Assembly: GCF_000014785.1 (NCBI RefSeq)
Contig: NC_008340.1
Coordinates: forward strand, 2,850,001-2,882,000
Source of the DNA: Alkalilimnicola ehrlichii MLHE-1
GTDB taxonomy: Bacteria; Pseudomonadota; Gammaproteobacteria; Nitrococcales; Halorhodospiraceae
Length of the DNA stretch: 32,000 bases
Reading direction: 5' to 3'
Of the stretch, positions 1-11,111 are shown one piece after another (within the stretch, counting starts at the first letter, position 1; the number at the start of each line of letters is the position of its first letter). Under the pieces are notes generated by a model that saw nothing but the letters and a program-made list of their open reading frames with translations, did not search any database and was not told the origin of the DNA. A program made the translations under genes and the position numbers.

Positions 1-1257
1 GCGGCTCAGGCATTCCACCCGGTCACGTCCCAGGTGCTTGGCCCGGTACAGGGCCTCGTCGGCCCGCCGCACGAGGGTCCTGCAGGTGTCGTCATCGCGC
101 AGGGCGCAGACCCCGAAACTGGCCGTCACCGGTGCGCCGTGGGGAAAGCGGTGGGCGGCCACCCGCTCGCGCAGCTTCTCCGCCAGCTCACCGGCCGCCG
201 CCAGCGGCGTTTCCGGCAACAGCACCATGAACTCCTCCCCGCCCCAGCGGGCGACGGTGTCGGCGGTGCGCACGTTGGCCAGCACCAGCCCGGCCAGAGC
301 CTGGAGCACGGCATCACCCGCCTCGTGGCCATGCGCGTCATTGACGGCCTTAAAGTGGTCCAGGTCAAACATCAGCAGGGACAGCGCACCACCATAGCGC
401 CGGCAGCGCTCATAGTCCCGCTCCAGGAGTTGCTCGAAGCTGAGGCGGTTGGCCAGCCCAGTGAGGGCGTCGGTGGTGGCGGCACGCTTCAGTTCCTCCT
501 CCATCCGCACCCGCTCCGTGATGTCCTTGCCGGTGGCCACGTAACGCACCACCTGGCCCTGGTCCGCCCGCACGGGGGTGATACTCTGCTCCAGGTAGAA
601 CAGCGCTCCGGAACGGTTGCGGTTCAGGAAGGTGCCGCGGAAGGTCTCGCCGCGCTCCAAGGTGGTCCAAAGGTCCCGGTAAAAGCGGGCACTCTGCTCA
701 CCGGAGTTGAGCACAGCCGGGGTCTCGCCGAGCACCTCATCGCGGCGGTACCCGGTGATTTGCTCGAAGCCGCGATTGACGTAGACGATGCACCCCTCGG
801 TGTCGGTGATGAGGATGCTGGCAGCGGAGGACTCCACCGCGGTGCTCAACAGTCGCGCCTCCTGCTCCAACTCGCGCTCGTGGGTGACATCCCGCTGGAT
901 CGACAACCAGGCGGTGATCCGGCCGCTATCGTCGCGCACCGGCGAGATCAACCACTCCACGTGGTAAGGCCGGCCGTCCTTGCGGTAATTGATGGCACTG
1001 CCCTCGAACCCCTGCCCCGCCGCCAGCCGCTGGCGCAGGGTCCGGAGCACCGCCGGATCGGTCGCCGCACCCTGCAGGATCTTGGGCGTGTGTCCGATCA
1101 GCTCCTCCCGCGTGTAGCCGGTCATGCGCTCGAAGGCGGCGTTGACATAACGGATCCGCTGCCCGGCACCCTCCAGCCCGGGGTCGGTGACCACGACGGC
1201 GTTGTAGGACTGCTCCACCGCCGCCCTCAACAGGCTCTCATCCAGCCCCTGCTCCAT
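1..1257 (-). CDS. PAS domain-containing diguanylate cyclase (GGDEF, signature GGEEF); 3' end runs off the window
   Basis: Reverse-strand translation from ATG at 1257 gives MEQGLDESLLRAAVEQSYNAVVVTD..., two PAS-like segments (GYTREELIGHTPKILQGA; SILITDTEGCIVYVNRGFEQITGY), then LTGLANRLSFEQLL, FDLDHFKAVND, and RWGGEEFMVLLPE. The frame is open to base 1. Confidence 0.9.
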   Translation of the reverse strand, partial: MEQGLDESLLRAAVEQSYNAVVVTDPGLEGAGQRIRYVNAAFERMTGYTREELIGHTPKILQGAATDPAVLRTLRQRLAAGQGFEGSAINYRKDGRPYHVEWLISPVRDDSGRITAWLSIQRDVTHERELEQEARLLSTAVESSAASILITDTEGCIVYVNRGFEQITGYRRDEVLGETPAVLNSGEQSARFYRDLWTTLERGETFRGTFLNRNRSGALFYLEQSITPVRADQGQVVRYVATGKDITERVRMEEELKRAATTDALTGLANRLSFEQLLERDYERCRRYGGALSLLMFDLDHFKAVNDAHGHEAGDAVLQALAGLVLANVRTADTVARWGGEEFMVLLPETPLAAAGELAEKLRERVAAHRFPHGAPVTASFGVCALRDDDTCRTLVRRADEALYRAKHLGRDRVECLSR

Positions 1258-1465
1258 ATCCGGACCTCGACCATGGGTGTCCCTAAGGTGTTTATGGTAG
1301 CGGATGTCGGCTCCGATTGTTCGGTGTGGTGGGGGAATGCCGCTGTGATGCAGTGACCGCCCCCTGCGACGCACCCTGATGTGCCATGATCATGGCGAGA
1401 CAAGCCATCCAGCGGGGTAACGGCCAGCGGCCCGCCACCACCCCGCGAGCGGAGGATCGCCGGTC

Positions 1466-3157
1466 ATGCCACAACCGCCCCAATCACCGCCCGCCCCCTC
1501 ACCTCGCCGGTCACAGCCGCGGGGCCGCCGCCCCCGCCCCGCGGACATCCGGGCGGTGCGGGCGGTATCCGGCGGCCTGCCCCCTACCCGGGACCTGCTC
1601 ATCGAACACCTGCACTGCCTGCAGGACCACTACGGCCACCTCAAGGCCGAGCACCTGGTGGCATTGGCCCACGAACTAAACCTCGCCCCGGCCGAGGTTT
1701 ATGAGGTGGCCACCTTCTACCACCACTTTGACGTGGTCCACGACAATGCGGCGCCACCACCGCCAATCACCGTCCGCGTCTGTGACGCCATCGGCTGCGC
1801 GCTCTCCGGCGCCGATGACCTGGTGCAGGCGTTGGAGGCCGGACTCGGGGACGGGGTGCGGGTCCAACGGGTGCCCTGCGTGGGCCGTTGCGACCAGGCC
1901 CCGGTGGCGGTGGTCGGGTGCAACCCGGTGGGGCAGGCATCGCTGGCGACGGTTCAGGCCCGGATCGCGCAACGGGCGCTGCGGCCCGAGCTGCCGGCAG
2001 GCACCGTCAGGTACAGCGCCTATCGCGCCGCCGGCGGCTACCGGGTCTTGGCCGATTGCCTGTCCGGTCGCCGTGAGCCCGCGTCTGTGATCGACACCCT
2101 GGAGCGGGCCGGCCTCCGGGGCATGGGCGGGGCCGGTTTCCCCGCCGGGCGCAAGTGGCGCACCCTACGCGACCAGCCCGCCCCCCGCCACGTGGTGGTG
2201 AACATCGACGAGGGGGAACCCGGCACCTTCAAGGACCGCCACTACCTGGAATCGGACCCCCACCGCTTCCTGGAGGGGGCCCTGATCGCCGCCTGGGCCA
2301 TCGAGGCCGATGCGATCTGGCTCTACCTGCGGGACGAATACGCCGCCGCCAGGGCCCTGCTGCGCCAGTGTCTGGCCGAGCTGCAGGCCGATCCGCCCGG
2401 TCCCCTGCCCGCCATGCACCTGCGGCGCGGGGCCGGGGCCTACATCTGCGGCGAGGAGTCGGCCCTGATCGAGTCCATCGAGGGCAAGCGCGGCCTGCCC
2501 CGGCTCCGGCCGCCCCTGGTGGCCCAGGTGGGGCTCTTCGGCCACCCCACCCTGGCCCACAACCTGGAGACCCTGCACTGGGTGCGCGACATCCTGGCGC
2601 ACGGCGCGGACTGGTTCGCCGACCAGGGCCGGCACGGGCGCCAGGGGCTGCGCAGCTACTCGGTGAGCGGCCGGGTGCGCCACCCCGGGGTCCACCTGGC
2701 GCCGGCCGGCATCACCCTGCGCGAGCTCATCGACGAGTACTGCGGCGGCATGGCCCCCGGGCACGAACTCAAGGCCTTCTTCCCCGGCGGGGCCTCCGGC
2801 GGCATCCTGCCGGCGGCCGCTGCTGACACCCCGCTGGACTTCGACACCCTGCAGGCCTACGACCCGCACTGCTTCATCGGCTCGGCGGCGGTCATCGTAC
2901 TCTCCCAACAGGACAGCGTGCGCGAGGCCGCCCTCAACGCCATGCGCTTCTTCCAGCACGAGTCCTGCGGCCAGTGCACCCCCTGCCGGGTGGGCACCGC
3001 CAAGGCCGCCGCCCTAATGGCGCGGCCGGTCTGGGACGCGCCCCTGCTGGAGGAGCTGGCCGACTGCATGGCCGACGCCTCCATCTGCGGCTTGGGCCAG
3101 GCGGCGCCCAACCCGCTGCGCTGCGTGCTCAAGTATTTCCCGGAGGAGGTGCGCTGA
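1466..3157 (+). CDS. fdsB: NAD-dependent formate dehydrogenase beta subunit, NuoE-NuoF type fusion
   Basis: 563 aa ORF. N-terminal thioredoxin-like 2Fe-2S motifs (CDAIGC, CVGRC), then NuoF-like GRGGMGGAGFPAGRKW-type segment (GLRGMGGAGFPAGRKW), GAGAYICGEESALIESIEGKRGLPRLRPP, and 4Fe-4S ESCGQCTPCRVGTAK. Followed by the catalytic subunit with an ATGA overlap at 3155-3159. Confidence 0.88.
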   Translation: MPQPPQSPPAPSPRRSQPRGRRPRPADIRAVRAVSGGLPPTRDLLIEHLHCLQDHYGHLKAEHLVALAHELNLAPAEVYEVATFYHHFDVVHDNAAPPPPITVRVCDAIGCALSGADDLVQALEAGLGDGVRVQRVPCVGRCDQAPVAVVGCNPVGQASLATVQARIAQRALRPELPAGTVRYSAYRAAGGYRVLADCLSGRREPASVIDTLERAGLRGMGGAGFPAGRKWRTLRDQPAPRHVVVNIDEGEPGTFKDRHYLESDPHRFLEGALIAAWAIEADAIWLYLRDEYAAARALLRQCLAELQADPPGPLPAMHLRRGAGAYICGEESALIESIEGKRGLPRLRPPLVAQVGLFGHPTLAHNLETLHWVRDILAHGADWFADQGRHGRQGLRSYSVSGRVRHPGVHLAPAGITLRELIDEYCGGMAPGHELKAFFPGGASGGILPAAAADTPLDFDTLQAYDPHCFIGSAAVIVLSQQDSVREAALNAMRFFQHESCGQCTPCRVGTAKAAALMARPVWDAPLLEELADCMADASICGLGQAAPNPLRCVLKYFPEEVR

Positions 3158-5940
3158 TGACCCGACCGGCGTCCGACACCACCCGGGCCATCACCTTCAC
3201 CCTGGATGGCGAGACGGTCACCGCAGGCCCCGGCGAGACCCTGCTGCAGGTGGCCCGGCGTCAGGGTCAGGCCCTCCCCACCCTCTGCCACCAGCCCGGT
3301 TACCGCCCGGCGGGCAACTGCCGCGCCTGCATGGTGGAGATCGAGGGGGAACGGGTGCTGGCCCCCGCCTGCGTCCGCCAGCCCAGCCCCGGCATGGTGG
3401 TCCACAGCACCAGCGGGCGCGCCGCCCGGGCCCGGCGGATGGTGCTGGAGCTGTTGCAGTCGGACATGCCGGCGGCGGCCCGAACCCCCGACAACGAACT
3501 GCAGCAATGGTGTGACCGGCTGGGGGTGGACGCCCCCCGTTTCCCGGCGCGATCGCAGCCCGCGCCGGACGCCAGCCACCCGGCCATGAGCGTGCGCCTG
3601 GACGCCTGCATCCAGTGCACCCGCTGCCTGCGCGCCTGCCGCGAGGAGCAGGCCAACGACGTCATCGGCATGGCCCATCGCGGGGACCGCACCGCCGTGG
3701 TCTTCGACCTGGCCGACCCCATGGGGCGCTCCTCCTGCGTGGCCTGTGGCGAGTGCGTCCAGGCCTGCCCCACCGGCGCCCTGCTGCCGGCGGGCGACCG
3801 CCCCCCGGAAGCCCCCGACCGCCGGGTGGACTCCGTCTGCCCCTGGTGCGGTGTCGGCTGCCTGCTCACCTACGAATTGAAAGGGGAGCGCATCCTACGC
3901 GTGCAGGGCCGACCGGATGGCCCCGCCAACCGGGGCCGGCTCTGCGTCAAGGGCCGCTTCGGCCAGGACTACGTCCGCCACCCGGGCCGCCTGACCCGAC
4001 CGCTGATCCGCCGCAAGGACGCCCCCAAGACCCTCCCGGTGGATTTCGACCCCGGTGCCCCGCTGCGCTACTTCCGGGAGGCGGACTGGGAGGAAGCCCT
4101 GGACCGGGCCGCCGACGGGCTGCTTCGCATCCGCGACCGCCACGGCCCCCGGGCGCTGGCCGGTTTCGGCTCGGCCAAGGGCTCCAACGAGGAGGCCTAT
4201 CTCTTCCAGAAGCTGGTCCGCACCGGTTTCGGCAGCAACAACGTGGACCACTGCACCCGGCTCTGCCACGCCTCCTCGGTGGCCGCCCTGATGGAGGGGT
4301 TGGGCTCGGGGGCCGTCTCCAACCCGGTGAGCGACGTGGCCCACTGCGAGCTGATCCTGGTCATCGGCGCCAACCCCACGGTCAACCATCCGGTGGCGGC
4401 CACCTTCATGAAGAACGCAGCCCGGGCGGGCAAGCACCTGGTGGTGATGGACCCGCGCCGCACCGAGCTGGCGCGCGAGGCCGACCGGTTCCTGCAGTTC
4501 CGCCCGGACACCGACGTGGCCCTGCTCAACGCCATGATGCACACCATCATCGAGGAGGGGCTCACCGACGAGGGCTTCATCGCCGAGCGCACCGAGGGCT
4601 TCGAGGCCCTGCGCGATAGGGTGATGGCCGACTACAGCCCGGAGGCCATGGCCCCGGTCTGCGGCATCCCGGCCAGGACCATCCGCGAGGTGGCCCGCCA
4701 GTACGCCCGCTCCCGCTCGATGATCTTCTGGGGCATGGGCGTCTCCCAGCACGTGCACGGCACCGACAACGCCCGCTGCCTGATCGCCCTGGCGCTGATG
4801 ACCGGCAACCTGGGCCGGGAGGGCACCGGGCTGCACCCCCTGCGGGGTCAGAACAACGTCCAGGGGGCCTCCGATGCGGGGCTGATCCCCATGTTCTACC
4901 CCAACTACGCCCCGGTGGGCGACCCCGACACCCGGCGCTGGTTCGAGCGTTTCTGGGGCGTGGCGGCCCTCGACCCGGAGCCCGGGCTCACCGTGGTGGA
5001 GGTGGTGGACGCCATCCACGCCGGGGGCGTTCGCGGCATGTACATCCTGGGCGAGAACCCGGCCATGTCCGACCCCGACCTGAACCACGCCCGGGAGGCC
5101 CTGGCCCGGCTGGACCACCTGGTGGTGCAGGACATCTTCCTCACCGAGACCGCCGCCTTCGCCGACGTGGTGCTGCCCGCCTCCGCCTTCCCGGAGAAGA
5201 GCGGCAGCTTCACCAACACCGACCGTCGGGTGCAGATCGGCCGCCAGGCCCTCGACCCGCCCGGCGACGCCCGCCAGGACTGGTGGCTGATCCAGGCCAT
5301 CGCCCGGCGCATGGGCCTGGACTGGCAGTACGACGGCGTGGCCGCAGTGTTCGAGGAGATGCGCCGGGCCATGCCCGCCATCCGCGGCATCACCTGGACA
5401 CGACTGCAACGGGAGGACTCGGTCACCTACCCCTGTGATACGGAGGCGGACCCGGGCCAGCCGGTGCTCTTCCGCGACCGCTTCCCCCGTGGCCGGGGCC
5501 GCTTCGTCCCCGCCCCCTTCAGCAGGGCGGACGAACTGCCCGACCAGGCCTACCCCTGGGTGCTGATCACCGGCCGCCAGCTCGAACACTGGCACACCGG
5601 TGCGATGACCCGGCGCTCCCGGGTACTGGATGCGCTGGAGCCGGCGCCCACCGTCTGCCTCCACCCGGAGGACCTGGCGGCACTGGGGGCGAGCCCCGGC
5701 GAGGCGGTGACCCTGCACTCCCGGCGCGGGCGGTTGACCGCCTACGCCCGGGCGGACGACGGCCTGCAGCGGGGCGAGGTCTTTCTGCCCTTCGCCTACG
5801 TGGAGGCCGCCGCCAACCTGCTCACCAACGCGGCCCTGGACCCCTGGGGCAAGATCCCGGAGTTCAAGTTCTGCGCGGTGCGGATCAGCGCCGGCGGCCA
5901 GGTACCGGCGGCCCGCTTCGGGATTGCGCCGACGGCCTGA
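3157..5940 (+). CDS. fdsA: NAD-dependent formate dehydrogenase alpha (catalytic) subunit
   Basis: N-terminal 2Fe-2S domain (CHQPGYRPAGNCRACMVEI), ferredoxin motifs (CIQCTRCLRACREE, CVACGECVQACPTGAL), CPWCGVGCLLTYEL, Mo/W-ligand Cys region HCTRLCHASSVAALMEGLGSGAVSNP, and molybdopterin-binding C-terminus. Confidence 0.93.
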   Translation: MTRPASDTTRAITFTLDGETVTAGPGETLLQVARRQGQALPTLCHQPGYRPAGNCRACMVEIEGERVLAPACVRQPSPGMVVHSTSGRAARARRMVLELLQSDMPAAARTPDNELQQWCDRLGVDAPRFPARSQPAPDASHPAMSVRLDACIQCTRCLRACREEQANDVIGMAHRGDRTAVVFDLADPMGRSSCVACGECVQACPTGALLPAGDRPPEAPDRRVDSVCPWCGVGCLLTYELKGERILRVQGRPDGPANRGRLCVKGRFGQDYVRHPGRLTRPLIRRKDAPKTLPVDFDPGAPLRYFREADWEEALDRAADGLLRIRDRHGPRALAGFGSAKGSNEEAYLFQKLVRTGFGSNNVDHCTRLCHASSVAALMEGLGSGAVSNPVSDVAHCELILVIGANPTVNHPVAATFMKNAARAGKHLVVMDPRRTELAREADRFLQFRPDTDVALLNAMMHTIIEEGLTDEGFIAERTEGFEALRDRVMADYSPEAMAPVCGIPARTIREVARQYARSRSMIFWGMGVSQHVHGTDNARCLIALALMTGNLGREGTGLHPLRGQNNVQGASDAGLIPMFYPNYAPVGDPDTRRWFERFWGVAALDPEPGLTVVEVVDAIHAGGVRGMYILGENPAMSDPDLNHAREALARLDHLVVQDIFLTETAAFADVVLPASAFPEKSGSFTNTDRRVQIGRQALDPPGDARQDWWLIQAIARRMGLDWQYDGVAAVFEEMRRAMPAIRGITWTRLQREDSVTYPCDTEADPGQPVLFRDRFPRGRGRFVPAPFSRADELPDQAYPWVLITGRQLEHWHTGAMTRRSRVLDALEPAPTVCLHPEDLAALGASPGEAVTLHSRRGRLTAYARADDGLQRGEVFLPFAYVEAAANLLTNAALDPWGKIPEFKFCAVRISAGGQVPAARFGIAPTA

Positions 5941-5985
5941 ACCACGGCCACGGCGCGGGGCCCCGGCGGGTCGCACGGCCTCCGA

Positions 5986-7752
5986 TCAGGGCGCCACGCC
6001 CAGGGCGGTGCCCTCCCGCCTCGGGTCGGCGGCCCCGTGGCGCACCCCGTCACCGTCCACGAAGATGGCGTGCACCCCGCTGGTCATCCCCCGCACCGAC
6101 ACCTCGTGGCCGCGCTCGCGCAGAGCCCCGGCCAGCGCCTCGCTGCCCTCCACCGCCTCCAGCTTGGTGGGGCCGTTGCGGTTGTTCCAGTTGGGTGCCG
6201 CCACCGCCTCGGCCAGGGGCGCCCCCTCCCCCAGCACCAGCGCCAGGTGGCGGGCGGTGTAGCCGATGATCCAGGGGCCGCCCGGCGAGCCCACGGCCAG
6301 GCGCAGGGCATCGTCCTCGAAGGCCAGGGTGGGCGACATGGCGCTCATGGGGCGCTTGCCGGGGGCCACCCGGTTGGCCACCGGGTCGCCATTCCCGTCC
6401 TCCGGTTCGAAGGCGAAGTCGGTCAACTGATTGTTGAGGATAAAGCCGCGCACGAACAGCCCGGAGCCGAAGGGCATCTCCACCGACGAGGTCATGGACA
6501 CGGCATTGCCTTGGGCATCCACGATGGAGAGGTGGGAGGTGGAGGGGCGCGCCGGTCTCCGGGGCATGGCGGCCTGCTCCGGCTCCAGGGCTAACCCGGC
6601 CTCCGCCTCGCCCATGCTCCGGACCGGGTCGATCAGGGCAGCCCGTTCGTCCAGGTAGTCGGCGTCCAGCAGGTCGGCCACCGGCACCGGCTCGTGGTCC
6701 GGATCGGCGGCGAAACGGGCCCGGTCCGCGTAGGCCAGGCGCGAGGCCTCCGCCAGCAGGTGCGCCCGATCGGCCTCATCCTCCGGCGGGTGGACGGCCT
6801 CGGCCCGTTCCAGCAGCCCCAGGATCTGCAGCACGACGAAGCCGCCGGCGGGGGGTGGGGCGCTGCAGACCCGGTGCCCGGCGTAGGGCGCACAGACCGG
6901 CTCCCGCACCTCCGCCCGGTAGCCGGCCATATCCTCCAGGGTCAACCGGCCCGGGTTGTGGGCCGCCCCCTGCACGGCGTCGACGATAGCCTCGGCGATG
7001 GGGCCGGTGTAAAAGGCCTCCGCCCCCGCCTCGGCGATCCGGCTCAGGGTGTCGGCCAGTGCCGGGTTGCGCAGGCGTTGGCCCACCGGCAGGGGCTCGC
7101 CCTCGTCGGTGTGGAAATAGGCCCGGGCGGCCTCATTGTCGAGGATGGCCCACTCCCGCTGAAGGATGTCGTTCAGACGGGGACTGACCTCGAACCCTTC
7201 CCGGGCCAGCTCGATGGCCGGTTGGAACAGCTCCGCCCAGGGCCGGGCGCCGTGCCGCGCATGGGCCTGCTCGAACAGCCGCACCACGCCGGGGACACCC
7301 ACGGCGAGGCCGCCGCTGACCGCCTCCCGGAAGTCCATGGGCTCGCCATCCTGCAGGAAGAGCCCGGCGTCAGCGGCCGCCGGCGCGGTCTCGCGACCGT
7401 CGTAGGCCAGGGTCTCACCGGTCCCGGCGTCGTGATGGAGCAGGAAGGCGCCGCCACCGATGCCGCTGGACTGGGGCTCCACCAGGGTAAGCACCAACTG
7501 CGCGGCGATGGCGGCATCCACCGCGCTGCCCCCGGCGGCGAGCAGTTCATGGGCCGCCCGGGTGGCGTGGGGGTTGGCGGTCACCGCCATGGCCCCCTCG
7601 GTCTGGGCGCTGCGCTTCTCCTCCGGTACCCAGGGCTGGACGTCGCCGCTGGCGTTGGCTGCCATCAACAGGGCGACCAGGGCACACGCCGCCGGTAACA
7701 GGCGGAGGCGCCAGCGGCGCATCGGGGCGGGTGGTGGCAAGGGTTCACTCAT
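5986..7752 (-). CDS. ggt: gamma-glutamyltransferase
   Basis: 588 aa with signal-like N-terminus; NPHATRAAHELLAAGGSAVDAAIAAQLVLTLVEPQSSGIGGG and small-subunit start region TSHLSIVDAQGNAVSMTSSVE. Confidence 0.93.
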   Translation of the reverse strand: MSEPLPPPAPMRRWRLRLLPAACALVALLMAANASGDVQPWVPEEKRSAQTEGAMAVTANPHATRAAHELLAAGGSAVDAAIAAQLVLTLVEPQSSGIGGGAFLLHHDAGTGETLAYDGRETAPAAADAGLFLQDGEPMDFREAVSGGLAVGVPGVVRLFEQAHARHGARPWAELFQPAIELAREGFEVSPRLNDILQREWAILDNEAARAYFHTDEGEPLPVGQRLRNPALADTLSRIAEAGAEAFYTGPIAEAIVDAVQGAAHNPGRLTLEDMAGYRAEVREPVCAPYAGHRVCSAPPPAGGFVVLQILGLLERAEAVHPPEDEADRAHLLAEASRLAYADRARFAADPDHEPVPVADLLDADYLDERAALIDPVRSMGEAEAGLALEPEQAAMPRRPARPSTSHLSIVDAQGNAVSMTSSVEMPFGSGLFVRGFILNNQLTDFAFEPEDGNGDPVANRVAPGKRPMSAMSPTLAFEDDALRLAVGSPGGPWIIGYTARHLALVLGEGAPLAEAVAAPNWNNRNGPTKLEAVEGSEALAGALRERGHEVSVRGMTSGVHAIFVDGDGVRHGAADPRREGTALGVAP

Positions 7753-7840
7753 GTCGGTCTATCCAGCCGTGCGTTGTTTTCAGCTTGCCGTGTATGCTCG
7801 CTATTGACGCGCCGCGGGGCGCTCCTGCGAAGATGACGGC

Positions 7841-7921
7841 ATGACCACGCAATACTACTTTTACGAACCGGGCAAGGGGCACGGGCTGGCCCAGCGCTTT
7901 CGCATGCACCGGCCCGGCTGA
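7841..7921 (+). pseudogene. Possible 5' remnant of a flavin reductase-like gene (26 codons, then stop)
   Basis: MTTQYYFYEPGKGHGLAQRFRMHRPG*. The YFYEPGKGHGL part resembles the N-terminus of flavin reductase-like domain proteins as I recall them; similarity stops abruptly. Confidence 0.4.
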
Positions 7922-7929
7922 GGCCGACG

Positions 7930-7961
7930 CCGGCCCGGTGGCTTGCCGCCTACCGGGCCGG
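7930..7961. terminator. Hairpin between the ORF remnant and the dioxygenase stop codon
   Basis: CCGGCCCGGT-GGC-TTGCC-GCC-T-ACCGGGCCGG, just downstream of the minus-strand CDS ending at 7966. No strong T tract. Confidence 0.4.
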
Positions 7962-7965
7962 GCGC

Positions 7966-8904
7966 TTACAGGGGCTTCAGCCGGCGTTCAATGGCCTCCC
8001 GCCGGGGCTCCAGGAAGGGCGGCAGCGCCAGGGATTCGCCCAGGTGCTCCAGCGGTTCATCCGTCGCGAACCCGGGCCCGTCGCTGGCCAGTTCCATGAG
8101 GATCCCGTTGGGCTCCCGGAAATAGAGGCTGCGAAAGTAGAAGCGGTCCACCGGGCCGCTGTTGGGCAGGCGGATCTCGGCCAGGTGGCGGGCCCAGGCC
8201 TCGTACTCCTCGTCCGCCACCCGGAAGGCCACGTGGTGCACCCCGCCGGCCCCCGGGCCGGCAGGGGCCCGGCCCGGTTCCTCGGCGACATGCAACTCCG
8301 CGCCGGCGCCCCCGGGGCCCATGGCGTACACCCGCACCGCCACCCCGTCATCCCGGTAGCGGCGCGCCTCCCGCATCCCCAGGGCACCGGTCAGCAGGGC
8401 GTCCAGCGCCTCGGGCTCGCGGACGCTGAGGGTGATGGGGCCCAGGCCCCGGATCTGGTAGTCCAGGGGTACCGGGCTGGCGGACCAGGGCCGGGCGGGC
8501 TCGCCCTCACCACCGTCGTCCACCAGGCTCAGGCGCTGCCCTTCCGAGTCCTCGAAGTCGATAACCCGGCGGCCGTCGCGGGTGGCGATCCCACCGCAGG
8601 GGACGCCGGCGGCCTCCAGGCGGGCCTGCCACCACGCCAGAGCCTCCTCGCCGGCCACCCGCAGCGCAGTGCGGCAGATGCTCTGGCTCCCCCGCCGCTC
8701 CGGGGGCGCGGGGAAATCGAAGAAGGTGATGTCGGTACCCGGCGAGCCCTCGCCGTCGGCGTAGAACAGATGATACGCCTCGGTCTGGTCCTGGTTGACC
8801 GTCTTCTTGACCAGCCGCATGCCCAGGGTGCCGGTGTAGAAGGCCAGGTTGCCCGGGGCGTCCGCCGTGACGGCGGTAAGATGGTGAATGCCTTTCAGTT
8901 GCAT
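7966..8904 (-). CDS. VOC-family ring-cleaving dioxygenase / glyoxalase superfamily protein
   Basis: 312 aa with two VOC modules: [36 protein letters not shown] and [21 protein letters not shown], plus [21 protein letters not shown]. Confidence 0.88.
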   Translation of the reverse strand: MQLKGIHHLTAVTADAPGNLAFYTGTLGMRLVKKTVNQDQTEAYHLFYADGEGSPGTDITFFDFPAPPERRGSQSICRTALRVAGEEALAWWQARLEAAGVPCGGIATRDGRRVIDFEDSEGQRLSLVDDGGEGEPARPWSASPVPLDYQIRGLGPITLSVREPEALDALLTGALGMREARRYRDDGVAVRVYAMGPGGAGAELHVAEEPGRAPAGPGAGGVHHVAFRVADEEYEAWARHLAEIRLPNSGPVDRFYFRSLYFREPNGILMELASDGPGFATDEPLEHLGESLALPPFLEPRREAIERRLKPL

Positions 8905-9071
8905 GGTGTCGTCTCCCGTAACCCGTTATCCCGTCCGTCCAGATCGGCCCGCCAAGCCGCTCCACAAAGGGTGGCATGGCGCGTGAACGAACGCAGCGAT
9001 CCGGGCAGGTACGGGGCAATCGCCCGCAGCCGGGCACACCGATCCGCGGGGCGAGGTTCGGGAGGGGGATA

Positions 9072-9148
9072 TGGTGGGCCCGGCAGGACTTGAACCTGCG
9101 ACCAAGCGATTATGAGTCGCCTGCTCTGACCAACTGAGCTACAGGCCC
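9072..9148 (-). tRNA. tRNA-Ile2 (anticodon CAT, lysidine-modified type)
   Basis: Reverse complement GGGCCTGTAGCTCAGTTGGTCAGAGCAGGCGACTCATAATCGCTTGGTCGCAGGTTCAAGTCCTGCCGGGCCCACCA folds as a cloverleaf with CCA encoded. The anticodon arm GGCGACTCATAATCGCTTGG matches the known bacterial Ile2(CAT) pattern rather than Met. Confidence 0.93.
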
Positions 9149-9174
9149 GACGGGCAAGCAGTATATACCGAGGA

Positions 9175-9197
9175 CCGGGCCGGGGTCACCGGCCCGG
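9175..9197. terminator. Hairpin downstream of rpoD
   Basis: CCGGGCCGG-GGTCA-CCGGCCCGG, 20 bp past the end of rpoD. Confidence 0.45.
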
Positions 9198-9216
9198 CCA
9201 GCGGTTCATCGGGCGT

Positions 9217-11013
<1,797 letters not shown>

Positions 11014-11111
11014 AGAGTACAGTTACCTGAGGCGACGATAATCTTGCCGGGGGCCGTTCGGTGAACCCGGCAGTATAGGTTGCGGCGTGGCTCAATGGCA
11101 AGACCACTCCG

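Noticed and set aside
34-1356. Long plus-strand ORF (440 aa) in the track
   Set aside because: It is antisense to the PAS/GGDEF gene, whose translation carries clear domain motifs. Long shadow ORFs are expected at this GC content.
9072-9148. tRNA-Met assignment for the CAT anticodon tRNA
   Set aside because: The anticodon arm and flanking bases (GCAGGCGACTCATAATCGCTTGGTCGC) match the well-known Ile2 type, whose C34 is modified to lysidine.
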